DNA of 62,376 bases, the filler included, from Nemertoderma westbladi (taxonomy: Eukaryota; Animalia; Xenacoelomorpha): NCBI GenBank assembly GCA_032718475.1. It is 4 parts of 4 records of this genome, joined end to end, with 100 filler letters (N's around TTAATTAATTAA, not from the genome) between each part and the next. Parts side by side here need not be neighbours in the genome. Positions count along the whole stretch, not along the records: positions 1 to 22,592 come from JAUCBJ010000818.1; 3 more parts are not named here. One strand, 5' to 3'. This document shows positions 11,001 to 22,692 of this stretch, piece by piece. The notes under the pieces are model-generated. The model had not been told where the DNA came from, did no database searches, and saw nothing but the letters and a program-made list of their open reading frames with translations. Both the position numbers and the translations under genes were made by a program. Within the stretch, counting starts at the first letter, position 1. Each line of letters opens with the position of its first letter.

Positions 11001-14000
11001 CGTTCTATCATAGCCTTGCTGTCAATCATCCCAACCCAAGTGTTCTATCATGGCCTTGCTGTCAATCCTACCAACCCAAGCGTTCTATCATTTCCTTGCT
11101 GTCAATCCTCCCAACCCAAGCGTTCTATCATGGCCTTCCTGTCAACACTCCCAGCCAAAGCGTTCTATCATGGCCTTGTTCCCAAGCCTCTTACCCCAAG
11201 CGTTCCATTACGGCCTTGCTGTCAACTCTCCCACCCCAAGCATTCCATTGGGCCTTGCTGTCAACCCTCCTACCCCAAGCGTTCTATCATGGCCTTGCTG
11301 TCAGCCCTCCACCCCAAGCGTTCCATTAGGCCTTGCTGTCAACCCTCCCACCACAAGCGATCTATCATCATGGCTTTGCTCTCAAGCCTCCCACCCCAAG
11401 CGTTCCATTACGGCCTTGCTGTCAACCCTCCTACCACAAGCGTTCTATCATGGCGTTGCTGTCAACCTTCCCACCCCAAGCGTTCTCTCATGGCCTTTTT
11501 GTCAACCCTCCCACCCCAAGCGTTCTATCATGGCCTTCCTGTCAACACTCCCACACAAAGCGTTCTATCATGGCCTTGCTGTCAACCCTCCCACCCCAAG
11601 TGTTCTATCATAGCCTTGCTGTCAATCCTCCCAACCCAAGCGTTCGATCATGGACTTGCTGTCAATCCTCCCAACCAAGCGTTCTATCATGGTCTTGCTG
11701 TCAATCCTCCCACCCCAAGCGTTCTATCATGGCCTTGCTGTCAATCCTCCCACCCCAAGCGTTCTATCATGGCCTTGCTGTCAACCCTCCCACCCCAAGC
11801 ATTCTATCATGGCCTTGCTGTCAATCCTCAAACCCCAAGCGTTCTATCATGGTCTTGCTGTCAATCCTCCCACACAAAGCGTTCTATCGTGGCCTTGCTG
11901 ACAACCCTCCCACCCCAAGCGTTCTATCATGGCCTTGCTGTCAACCCTCCCACCCGAAGCGTTCCAACATGGCCTTGCTGTCAACCCTCCCACCCCAAGC
12001 GTTCTATCATATTCTTGCTGTCAATCCTCCCAACCCAAGCGTTCTATCATGGCCTTGCTGTCAATCCTCCCATCCCAAGCGTTCTATCATGGTCTTACTA
12101 TCAATCCTCCCACCCCAAGCGTTCTATCATGACCTTGCTATCAATCCTCCCACCCCAAGCGTTCTATCATGGCCTTGCTGTCAACCCTCCCACCCCAAGC
12201 GTTCCATCATGGCCTTGCTGTCAACCCTCCCACCCCAAGCGTTCCATCATGGCCTTGCTGTCAACCCTCCCACCCCAAGCGTTCCATCATGGCATTGCTG
12301 TCAATCCTCCCACCCCAAGCGTTCTATCATGGCCTTTCTGTCAACCCTCCCACCCCAAGCGTTCTATCATGGCGTTGATGTCAACGCTCCCACCCAAGCG
12401 TTCCATCATGGCCTTGCTGTCAACCCTCCACCCCAAGCGTTCTATCATGGCCTTGCTGTCAACCCTCCCACCCCAAGCGTTCCATAATGGCCTTGCAGTC
12501 AACCCTCCCACCCCAAGCGTTCTATCATGGCCTTGCTGTCAACCCTCCCACCCCGAGCGTTCTATCATGGCATTGTTGCCAACCCTCCCACCCCACGCGT
12601 CCCAACATGGCCTTGCTGTCAACCCTCCAACCCCGAGCGTTCTATCATGGCCTTGATGTCAACCCTCCCACCCCAAGCGTTCCATCATGGCCTTGCTGTC
12701 AACCCTCCCACCCCAAGCGTTCTATCATGGCCTTGCTACTGTATCAACCCTCCCACCCCAAGCGTTCTATCATAGCCTTGCTGTCAATCATCCCAACCCA
12801 AGCGTTCCATCATGGCCTTGCTGTCAATCCTCCCACCCCAAGCGTTCTATCATGGCCTTCTCGTCAACACTCCCACATAAAGCGTTCTATCATGGCCTTG
12901 CTATCAACCCTCCCACCCCAAGCGTTCTATCATGGCCTTGCTATCAACCCTCCCACCCCAAGCGATCTATCATGGCCTTGCTGTCAACACTCCCACCTTA
13001 AGCGTTCTATCATAGCATTGCTGTCAATCATCCCAACCCAAGCGTTCTATCATGGCCTTGCTGTCAATCCTCCCAACCCAAGCGTTCTATCATGGCCTTG
13101 CTATCAATCCTCCCACCCCAAGCGTTCTATCATGGTCTTGCTGTCAATCCACCCAAACAAAGCGTTCTATCATGGCCTTGCTGTCAATCCTCCCACCCCA
13201 AGCGTTCTTTCATGGCCTTGCTGTCAACCCTCCCACCCCAAGCGTTCTATCATGACCTTCCCGTCAACACTCCCACATAAAGCGTTCTATCATGGCCTTG
13301 CTACTGTATCAACCCTCCCACCCCAACCGTTCTATCATAGCCTTGCTGTCAATCATCCCAACCCAAGCGTTCCATCATGGCCTTGCTGTCAATCCTCCCA
13401 ACCCAAGCGTTCTATCATGGCCTTGCTATCAACCCTCCCACCCCAAGCGTTCCATTGGGCCTTGCTGTCAACCCTCCCACCTTAAGCGTTCTATCATAGC
13501 ATTGCTGTCAATCATCCCAACCCAAGCGTTCTATCATGGCCTTGCTGTCAATCCTCCCAACCCAAGCGTTCTATCATGGCCTTGCTATCAATCCTCCCAC
13601 CCCAAGCGTTCTATCATGGTCTTGCTGTCAATCCACCCAAACAAAGCGTTCTATCATGGCCTTGCTGTCAACCCTCCTACCCCAATCGTTCCATCATGGC
13701 CTTGCTGTCAATCCTCCCACCCCAAGCGTTCTATCATGACCTTCCCGTCAACACTCCCACATAAAGCGTTCTATCATGGCCTTGCTACTGTATCAACCCT
13801 CCCACCCCAAGCGTTCTATCATAGCCTTGCTGTCAATCATCCCAACCCAAGCGTTCCATCATGGCCTTGCTGTCAATCCTCCCAACCCAAGCGTTCTATC
13901 ATGGCCTTGCTATCAATCCTCCCACCCCAAGCGTTCTATCATGGTCTTGCTGTCAATCCACCCACACAAAGCGTTCTATCATGGCCTTGCTGTCAATCCT

Positions 14001-17000
14001 CCCACCCCAAGCGTTCTATCATGACCTTGCTATCAATCCTCCCACCCCAAGCGTTCTATCATGACCTTGCTATCAATCCTCCCACCCCAAGCGTTCTATC
14101 ATGGCCTTGCTGTCAACCCTCCCACCCCAAGCGTTCCATCATGGCCTTGCTGTCAATCCTCCCACCCCAAGCGTTCTATCATGGCCTTCCCGTCAACACT
14201 CCCACATAAAGCGTTCTATCATGGCCTTGCTATCAACCCTCCCACCCCAAGCGTTCTATCATAGCCTTGCTGTCAATCATCCCAACCCAAGCGTTCTATC
14301 ATGGCCTTGCTGTCAATCCTCCCAACCCAAGCGTTCTATCATGGCCTTGCTGTCAATCCTCCCAACCCAAGCGTTCTATCATGGCCTTCCTGTCAACACT
14401 CCCACCCCAAGCGTTCTATCATGGCCTTGCTATCAATCCTCCCACCCCAAGCGTTCTATCTTGGTCTTGCTGTCAATCCACCCATACAAAGCGTTCTATC
14501 ATGGCCTTGCTGTCAACCCTCCCACCCCAAGCGTTCTATCATGGCCTTGCTGTCAACACTCCCACCCCAAGCGTTCTATCATGGTCTTGCTGTCAATCCT
14601 CCCACATAAAGCGTTCTATCATGGCCTTGCTATCAACCCTCCCACCCCAAGCGTTCTATCATAGCCTTGCTGTCAATCATCCCAACCCAAGTGTTCTATC
14701 ATGGCCTTGCTGTCAATCCTACCAACCCAAGCGTTCTATCATTTCCTTGCTGTCAATCCTCCCAACCCAAGCGTTCTATCATGGCCTTCCTGTCAACACT
14801 CCCAGCCAAAGCGTTCTATCATGGCCTTGTTCCCAAGCCTCTTACCCCAAGCGTTCCATTACGGCCTTGCTGTCAACTCTCCCACCCCAAGCATTCCATT
14901 GGGCCTTGCTGTCAACCCTCCTACCCCAAGCGTTCTATCATGGCCTTGCTGTCAGCCCTCCACCCCAAGCGTTCCATTAGGCCTTGCTGTCAACCCTCCC
15001 ACCACAAGCGATCTATCATCATGGCTTTGCTCTCAAGCCTCCCACCCCAAGCGTTCCATTACGGCCTTGCTGTCAACCCTCCTACCACAAGCGTTCTATC
15101 ATGGCGTTGCTGTCAACCTTCCCACCCCAAGCGTTCTCTCATGGCCTTTTTGTCAACCCTCCCACCCCAAGCGTTCTATCATGGCCTTCCTGTCAACACT
15201 CCCACACAAAGCGTTCTATCATGGCCTTGCTGTCAACCCTCCCACCCCAAGTGTTCTATCATAGCCTTGCTGTGAATCCTCCCAACCCAAGCGTTCGATC
15301 ATGGACTTGCTGTCAATCCTCCCAACCAAGCGTTCTATCATGGTCTTGCTGTCAATCCTCCCACCCCAAGCGTTCTATCATGGCCTTGCTGTCAATCCTC
15401 CCACCCCAAGCGTTCTATCATGGCCTTGCTGTCAACCCTCCCACCCCAAGCATTCTATCATGGCCTTGCTGTCAATCCTCAAACCCCAAGCGTTCTATCA
15501 TGGTCTTGCTGTCAATCCTCCCACACAAAGCGTTCTATCGTGGCCTTGCTGACAACCCTCCCACCCCAAGCGTTCTATCATGGCCTTGCTGTCAACCCTC
15601 CCACCCGAAGCGTTCCAACATGGCCTTGCTGTCAACCCTCCCACCCCAAGCGTTCTATCATATTCTTGCTGTCAATCCTCCCAACCCAAGCGTTCTATCA
15701 TGGCCTTGCTGTCAATCCTCCCATCCCAAGCGTTCTATCATGGTCTTACTATCAATCCTCCCACCCCAAGCGTTCTATCATGACCTTGCTATCAATCCTC
15801 CCACCCCAAGCGTTCTATCATGGCCTTGCTGTCAACCCTCCCACCCCAAGCGTTCCATCATGGCCTTGCTGTCAACCCTCCCACCCCAAGCGTTCCATCA
15901 TGGCCTTGCTGTCAACCCTCCCACCCCAAGCGTTCCATCATGGCATTGCTGTCAATCCTCCCACCCCAAGCGTTCTATCATGGCCTTTCTGTCAACCCTC
16001 CCACCCCAAGCGTTCTATCATGGCGTTGATGTCAACGCTCCCACCCAAGCGTTCCATCATGGCCTTGCTGTCAACCCTCCACCCCAAGCGTTCTATCATG
16101 GCCTTGCTGTCAACCCTCCCACCCCAAGCGTTCCATAATGGCCTTGCAGTCAACCCTCCCACCCCAAGCGTTCTATCATGGCATTGTTGCCAACCCTCCC
16201 ACCCCACGCGTCCCAACATGGCCTTGCTGTCAACCCTCCAACCCCGAGCGTTCTATCATGGCCTTGATGTCAACCCTCCCACCCCAAGCGTTCCATCATG
16301 GCCTTGCTGTCAACCCACCCACCCCAAGCGTTCTATCATGGCCTTGCTACTGTATCAACCCTCCCACCCCAAGCGTTCTATCATAGCCTTGCTGTCAATC
16401 ATCCCAACCCAAGCGTTCCATCATGGCCTTGCTGTCAATCCTCCCACCCCAAGCGTTCTATCATGGCCTTCCCGTCAACACTCCCACATAAAGCGTTCTA
16501 TCATGGCCTTGCTATCAACCCTCCCACCCCAAGCGTTCTATCATGGCCTTGCTATCAACCCTCCCACCCCAAGCGATCTATCATGGCCTTGCTGTCAACA
16601 CTCCCACCTTAAGCGTTCTATCATAGCATTGCTGTCAATCATCCCAACCCAAGCGTTCTATCATGGCCTTGCTGTCAATCCTCCCAACCCAAGCGTTCTA
16701 TCATGGCCTTGCTATCAATCCTCCCACCCCAAGCGTTCTATCATGGTCTTGCTGTCAATCCACCCAAACAAAGCGTTCTATCATGGCCTTGCTGTCAACC
16801 CTCCCACCCCAAGCGTTCTATCATGGCCTTGCTGTCAACCCTCCTACCCCAATCGTTCCATCATGGCCTTGCTGTCAATCCTCCCACCCCAAGCGTTCTA
16901 TCATGACCTTCCCGTCAACACTCCCACATAAAGCGTTCTATCATGGCCTTGCTACTGTATCAACCCTCCCACCCCAAGCGTTCTATCATAGCCTTGCTGT

Positions 17001-19125
17001 CAATCATCCCAACCCAAGCGTTCCATCATGGCCTTGCTGTCAATCCTCCCAACCCAAGCGTTCTATCATGGCCTTGCTATCAATCCTCCCACCCCAAGCG
17101 TTCTATCATGGTCTTGCTGTCAATCCACCCACACAAAGCGTTCTATCATGGCCTTGCTGTCAATCCTCCCACCCCAAGCGTTCTATCATGACCTTGCTAT
17201 CAATCCTCCCACCCCAAGCGTTCTATCATGGCCTTGCTGTCAACCCTCCCACCCCAAGCGTTCCATCATGGCCTTGCTGTCAATCCTCCCACCCCAAGCG
17301 TTCTATCATGGCCTTCCCGTCAACACTCCCACATAAAGCGTTCTATCATGGCCTTGCTATCAACCCTCCCACCCCAAGCGTTCTATCATAGCCTTGCTGT
17401 CAATCATCCCAACCCAAGCGTTCTATCATGGCCTTGCTGTCAATCCTCCCAACCCAAGCGTTCTATCATGGCCTTGCTGTCAATCCTCCCAACCCAAGCG
17501 TTCTATCATGGCCTTCCTGTCAACACTCCCACCCCAAGCGTTCTATCATGGCCTTGCTATCAATCCTCCCACCCCAAGCGTTCTATCTTGGTCTTGCTGT
17601 CAATCCACCCATACAAAGCGTTCTATCATGGCCTTGCTGTCAACCCTCCCACCCCAAGCGTTCTATCATGGCCTTGCTGTCAACACTCCCACCCCAAGCG
17701 TTCTATCATGGTCTTGCTGTCAATCCTCCCACATAAAGCGTTCTATCATGGCCTTGCTATCAACCCTCCCACCCCAAGCGTTCTATCATAGCCTTGCTGT
17801 CAATCATCCCAACCCAAGCGTTCTATCATGGCCTTGCTGTCAATCCTACCAACCCAAGCGTTCTATCATTTCCTTGCTGTCAATCCTCCCAACCCAAGCG
17901 TTCTATCATGGCCTTCCTGTCAACACTCCCAGCCAAAGCGTTCTATCATGGCCTTGTTCCCAAGCCTCCCACCCCAAGCGTTCCATTACGGCCTTGCTGT
18001 CAACTCTCCCACCCCAAGCATTCCATTGGGCCTTGCTGTCAACCCTCCTACCCCAAGCGTTCTATCATGGCCTTGCTGTCAGCCCTCCACCCCAAGCGTT
18101 CCATTAGGCCTTGCTGTCAACCCTCCCACCCCAAGCATTCCATTAGGCCTTGCTGTCAACCCTCCCACCACAAGCGATCTATCATCATGGCTTTGCTCTC
18201 AAGCCTCCCACCCCAAGCGTTCCATTACGGCCTTGCTGTCAACCTTCCCACCCCAAGCGTTCTCTCATGGCCTTTTTGTCAACCCTCCCACCCCAAGCGT
18301 TCTATCATGGCCTTCCTGTCAACACTCCCACACAAAGCGTTCTATCATGGCCTTGCTGTCAACCCTCCCACCCCAAGTGTTCTATCATAGCCTTGCTGTC
18401 AATCCTCCCAACCCAAGCGTTCTATCATGGCCTTGCTGTCAATCCTCCCAACCCAAGCGTTCTATCACGGCCTTGCGGTCAATCCTCCGAACCCAAGAGT
18501 TCTATCATGGCCTTCCTGTCAACACTCCCACACAAAGCGTTCTATCATGGCCTTGTTGTCAACCCTCCCACACCAAGCGTTCCATAATGGCCTTGCTGTC
18601 AATCCTCCCAAACCATGCGTTCTATCATGGCCTTGCTGTCAGCCCTCCACCCCAAGCGTTCTATCATGACCTTGCTGTCAACCCACCCACCCCAAGCGTT
18701 CCATAATGGCCTTGCTGTCAATCCTCCCAACCCATACGTTCTATCGTGGCCTTGCTGTCAACACTCCCACACAAAGCGTTCTATCATGGCCTTGCTTTCA
18801 ACCCTCCCACCCCCAGCGTTCCATCATGGCCTTGCTGTAAACCCCCCCACCCCAAGCGTTCCATCATGGCCTTGCTGTCAATCCTCTCACCCCAAGCGTT
18901 CTATCATGGCCTTGCTGTCAACCCTCCCACCCCAAGCGTTCTATCATGGCCTTGATGTCAACCCTCCAACCCCAAGTGTTCCATCATGGCCTTGCTGTCA
19001 GCCCTCCCACCCCAAGCGTCCTATCATGGCCTTGATGTCAAACCTCCCACCCCAAGCGTTCTATCATTGCGTTGTTGTCAATCCTCCCAACCCATGCGTT
19101 CTATCATGGCCTTGCTGTCAACCTT
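8046..19125. repeat. 40-bp satellite array, ~275 monomers (consensus AAGCGTTCTATCATGGCCTTGCTGTCAACCCTCCCACCCC), with 3.1-3.7-kb higher-order repeats
   Basis: Monomer read directly. Diagnostic variant GTTCGATCATGGACTTGC recurs at ~8435, 11642 and 15293. Duplicate ORF-track entries are spaced 3207, 3651 and 3127 bp apart. Confidence 0.99.
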
Positions 19126-21982
19126 ACTACTACTACTAGGTCGAGCGAACTCGGACAGTGGAAATGAGATCCTTCCAGGCTTCCCGATTCTTCATAGTTG
19201 TCGCAATTTCGTTTCTCCCAAGTTCAGCATCCCTTTCAAGTTGATCTATATATGTTATGGCCGGTCGTCCACGACTACGCTTTCCATGAGGTGGTTGCCA
19301 GAAAAGTAAATCTGATATGACCACGTCTTTACTTCGCCAGCAGTGCCCACTGAATCTTAATCTGCGTTCACGGACGGTGGTTGATACAGGTGGTATTGTA
19401 CCATAAAGCTCGGCGTTTGTCATGTGTTGTCTCCAGCTGATGTTTAGGGCTGCCCTTAGTAGTCTTGTGTAGCAACCATCAATTCGTTGTTCAAGTGATT
19501 TAGTCAGTGTCCAGGTCTCACCCCCGTATAAAAATACACTTTCCACTGTGGCTCGAAAGAACTTAGTCTTCAGGTGCCTGGGGAGATCTGATTTCCAGAT
19601 GTTATCCATTTTTGATAGAGCTACTCAAGCCTTTGCTTTCCTAACTTCTATGTCCCTTTTGCTACTCTCTATCCATGATCCAAGGTACTGGAAGTCGTCG
19701 ACCTTCCTTAGTTGATTATTATCAATGGTTGTCAAGTTTCCATCAACATTAACGGTCATGAATTCGGTCTTGGTAGCATTTATATACAATCCAACCTCCT
19801 TAGCAGCCCTCTCCATTTTATTTAGTAGAAGCTATGCATCTGCTAGCGTATTAGAGAGTAGGGCGATGTCATCCGCAAAGTCGGTGTCTGTGATTGTAGT
19901 TGCCGGATATCTACTACTTCTGCGTTCTTGAAGTGTGAATCCCAGATCTTCACCCTTTGTGGCCGTCCTCATTGCCTAATCCAGCACAATTACAAATAGT
20001 AATGGTGCTAATGTGTCACCTTGCAGTACGCCAGCCAGGATTGAGAAAAACTCAGTTTCTCCATCTGGTGAGAGTACCTGCGCTTCTGTGTCACAATATA
20101 ACAATCCAATGCCAGCAACAATTACTTCTGGTATTCCATAAGCTCTTAGGATTTCAAGCATTTTACCTCTATGGATGGAATCAAATGCCTTCTTGAAGTC
20201 CACAAAAGTCATGACTGCAGGGAGATTCTTTGACTTAATTCCTTCAATCAGTCTCCGTAGTGCAAGTATCTGAGCTATTGTTGATCTACTTGGTCGAAAT
20301 CCGTTTTGGCTCTTACGCAGTAGTTTCTGTATGTGAGGCCTAATCCTATATAGAATCATTTTATTGTATATTTTGGCAGCTACCACAAGCAGACAGATCC
20401 CACGATAGTTTATTGGTATGCCGAGGTCTCCTTTCTTGGGGAGAGGCTTTAGTTGACCTTTAGTCCAAATTGGTGGTGGCTTTTCCCCTTTTAACATCCG
20501 GTTGCAAACATTCAATAATGGTCTGTTTAGTACTCCGGTTTTCCATACCTCCGCTGGGATTTCATCTAATCCACTCGCTTCATTATTGGACATGCTTTTA
20601 ATGCTTCTTTGGAGTTCGGCAGTTGTGAAATCCCCTGTTTATATAGGTAGAGTCTTGTCATATATTTTCCTTGTAGGGCTGACCTCGATGTTTGGTGGCT
20701 GCCCAGCCCATGCCCCAGCAAGTTGCTGAAGTGATTTCTCCCCTTCCCAACACGTTCTTCAGGACTATCGGCTTTGAGGCGCCCCTTTGCACAACCTTTC
20801 CGACCAGATACCTCATTTACAGTTTGCCAGGTAAGTATTTGAGCATGTGAGTATGTGAGCAGTTGTAATTGCTTCAATTTTACCCTGTATGTACTTTTCC
20901 TGGCTGATGTTGTAGGCCAATTTAAGATCGTCCTTAGCTTTCTCAACCTTGTTAATGTTTTCGGTTTTTGGTTGTTCGGTTTTAACTTTGTAGGCTATCT
21001 TAAGATCTTCTCTCTTACAAGTATCCACAGAGTTTTGCCCTGGCACATAGTGTTTTCGTTTGGGTTTCTGGGGGATATTGGCTGATTCCTTGTGGGCTAT
21101 TATTATATTCTGGTATATTGAATCGGTGGACTGGTCTTCATCCATTGACTGAAGTGTTTCAAAGCGGTTTTGGACTTCTACTGTGTAAACATCCTTTACA
21201 GCATTGTCAGTTCGGAGTTTCTCCCAGTCATATTTGATTTGCTTGCTTGTCCTGGGTTTGCTGGCTCGCAAACTGAGTCTGATCTCTGCAGTCACAATTC
21301 TGTGGTCCGAACCAATTAGGTTGAACGAGCTGTAGGCCTCGCAGTTGATCATGCTGTTTCTCCACTTTTTGTTTATAGGGATGTAATACAGTTGTGCTTT
21401 GGTTCCATTAGGGTATTGAAAGGTCCATAGCTTCCCCTTACTCTTTTCGAATGTGTTGTTTGTTGGTATCAATTCACATTCTTCCATTAGGTCTAAAAGT
21501 AAGTACCCATTTGTATTAGAACTGGTGTTATAGGTGTAACCCTTGATGTCTTCTGGGCCAATTTGCGCATTCAGGTCACCAGCAATGACTTTAACATTGT
21601 GTTTCGGAATGTCCTTTATAAGTCCAGTCAGATCTTCATAAAACCTGACTGCTTGTTCTGGCTCTGAGGCATTGGTTGGACTGTAGCAACATATAACTGT
21701 TGCCTTGGGATTCCCATCAAATGTTGCGATCATAACCCTGGAATATATAGATTCGATGTTGTTTAGGGTCTTAAGTGCAAATGGGCTTAGCAGAATTCCT
21801 ACTCCACCAATTGATGCATTGGCCGAGTTTCTTACTGCTGAGCTTGTTACTAACGTCCATCCATTTCCAATGTCATTGTACTTCATGGCAGTGTCTTCAT
21901 GACAAATATCCGATGTTCTTGGATGCAGATGATGTCGATGTTAAATTCCATTTCCAGAGCGACCATGTCATGTCATGGTCGA
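19126..21982 (-). mobile_element. RTE-clade LINE, nearly full ORF (APE endonuclease + RT), inactivated by stops and frameshifts
   Basis: EN motifs IICIQEHR, CYSPT, AGDLNA and SDH. RT motifs NYRGICLL, FVDFKKAFD, GVLQGDTLAP, FADD and YLGS. (TAG)n tail at 19126-19138. 13-bp TSD TGCTGTCAACCTT at 19113-19125 and 21983-21995. Confidence 0.96.
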
Positions 21983-21996
21983 TGCTGTCAACCTTG

Positions 21997-22173
21997 TTAA
22001 ATTGTTTCGTTCTGGATGGAATTCAATAGAAAGTAACCAGTTATCCTCCCCTACCGGTTCACCTTTTATCTCCCGTATTACTCATGTTACCTCCATCTAA
22101 TATACTTATTCCTTATACTATAAGGATACTAGATGGAGCGGACTGGAATGAATATGGCATTACACGCAGTCAA

Positions 22174-22204
<31 letters not shown>

Positions 22205-22213
22205 CACTCGTCC
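21997..22213 (+). repeat. Right copy of the ~210-bp direct repeat bracketing the satellite
   Basis: Diverged direct copy of 7836-8040, including the hairpin and poly-C tract. Confidence 0.9.
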
Positions 22214-22592
22214 TTTACATCAATTACATCAAGGTGTAGCATTGTCACGCAGCTCCCCTCACCGCCCATCAAATGTATATACACCCAATATACACGGAAT
22301 CGGGACATTATACAATGAATGTAGGGATTAATCTATCTACAGTACACACATTGCATATAAAGTAATTGCTGTTACACATTCCCCCACCGTGTAAAAAATT
22401 TAAGAAACAAATATTTAAATAAAATATTGTACCACCATGTGAATAGAGTTAGCATTAAAAAAGATCCAATCACTAAAGAGATTAAGTAAAACCGGCTGAT
22501 CAATGATAGGGTTGCTAGGTTACCAATATAATCAAATAGACAGGCCTGACTACTACAAAGTACTGAATCATTGCCAGTTAATTATTTTAGTA

Positions 22593-22692
22593 NNNNNNNN
22601 NNNNNNNNNNNNNNNNNNNNNNNNNNNNNNNNNNNNTTAATTAATTAANNNNNNNNNNNNNNNNNNNNNNNNNNNNNNNNNNNNNNNNNNNN
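22593..22692. other. Assembly gap with artificial linker (N44-TTAATTAATTAA-N44)
   Basis: Identical 100-bp construct occurs three times. The 12-mer gives stop codons in all six frames. Confidence 0.98.

Noticed and set aside
8046-19125. CRISPR-like array
   Set aside because: Monomers are contiguous with no unique spacers, there are no cas genes, and the context is eukaryotic.
7991-19309. Dozens of long Pro/Ser/Cys/His-rich ORFs
   Set aside because: They arise in all three frames from a 40-bp monomer with no stop codon. Variants introduce stops and indels without regard to frame.
22637-22648. TTAATTAATTAA as a biological site (e.g. piggyBac target)
   Set aside because: Centred identically in three N-runs, so it is a scaffolding linker.
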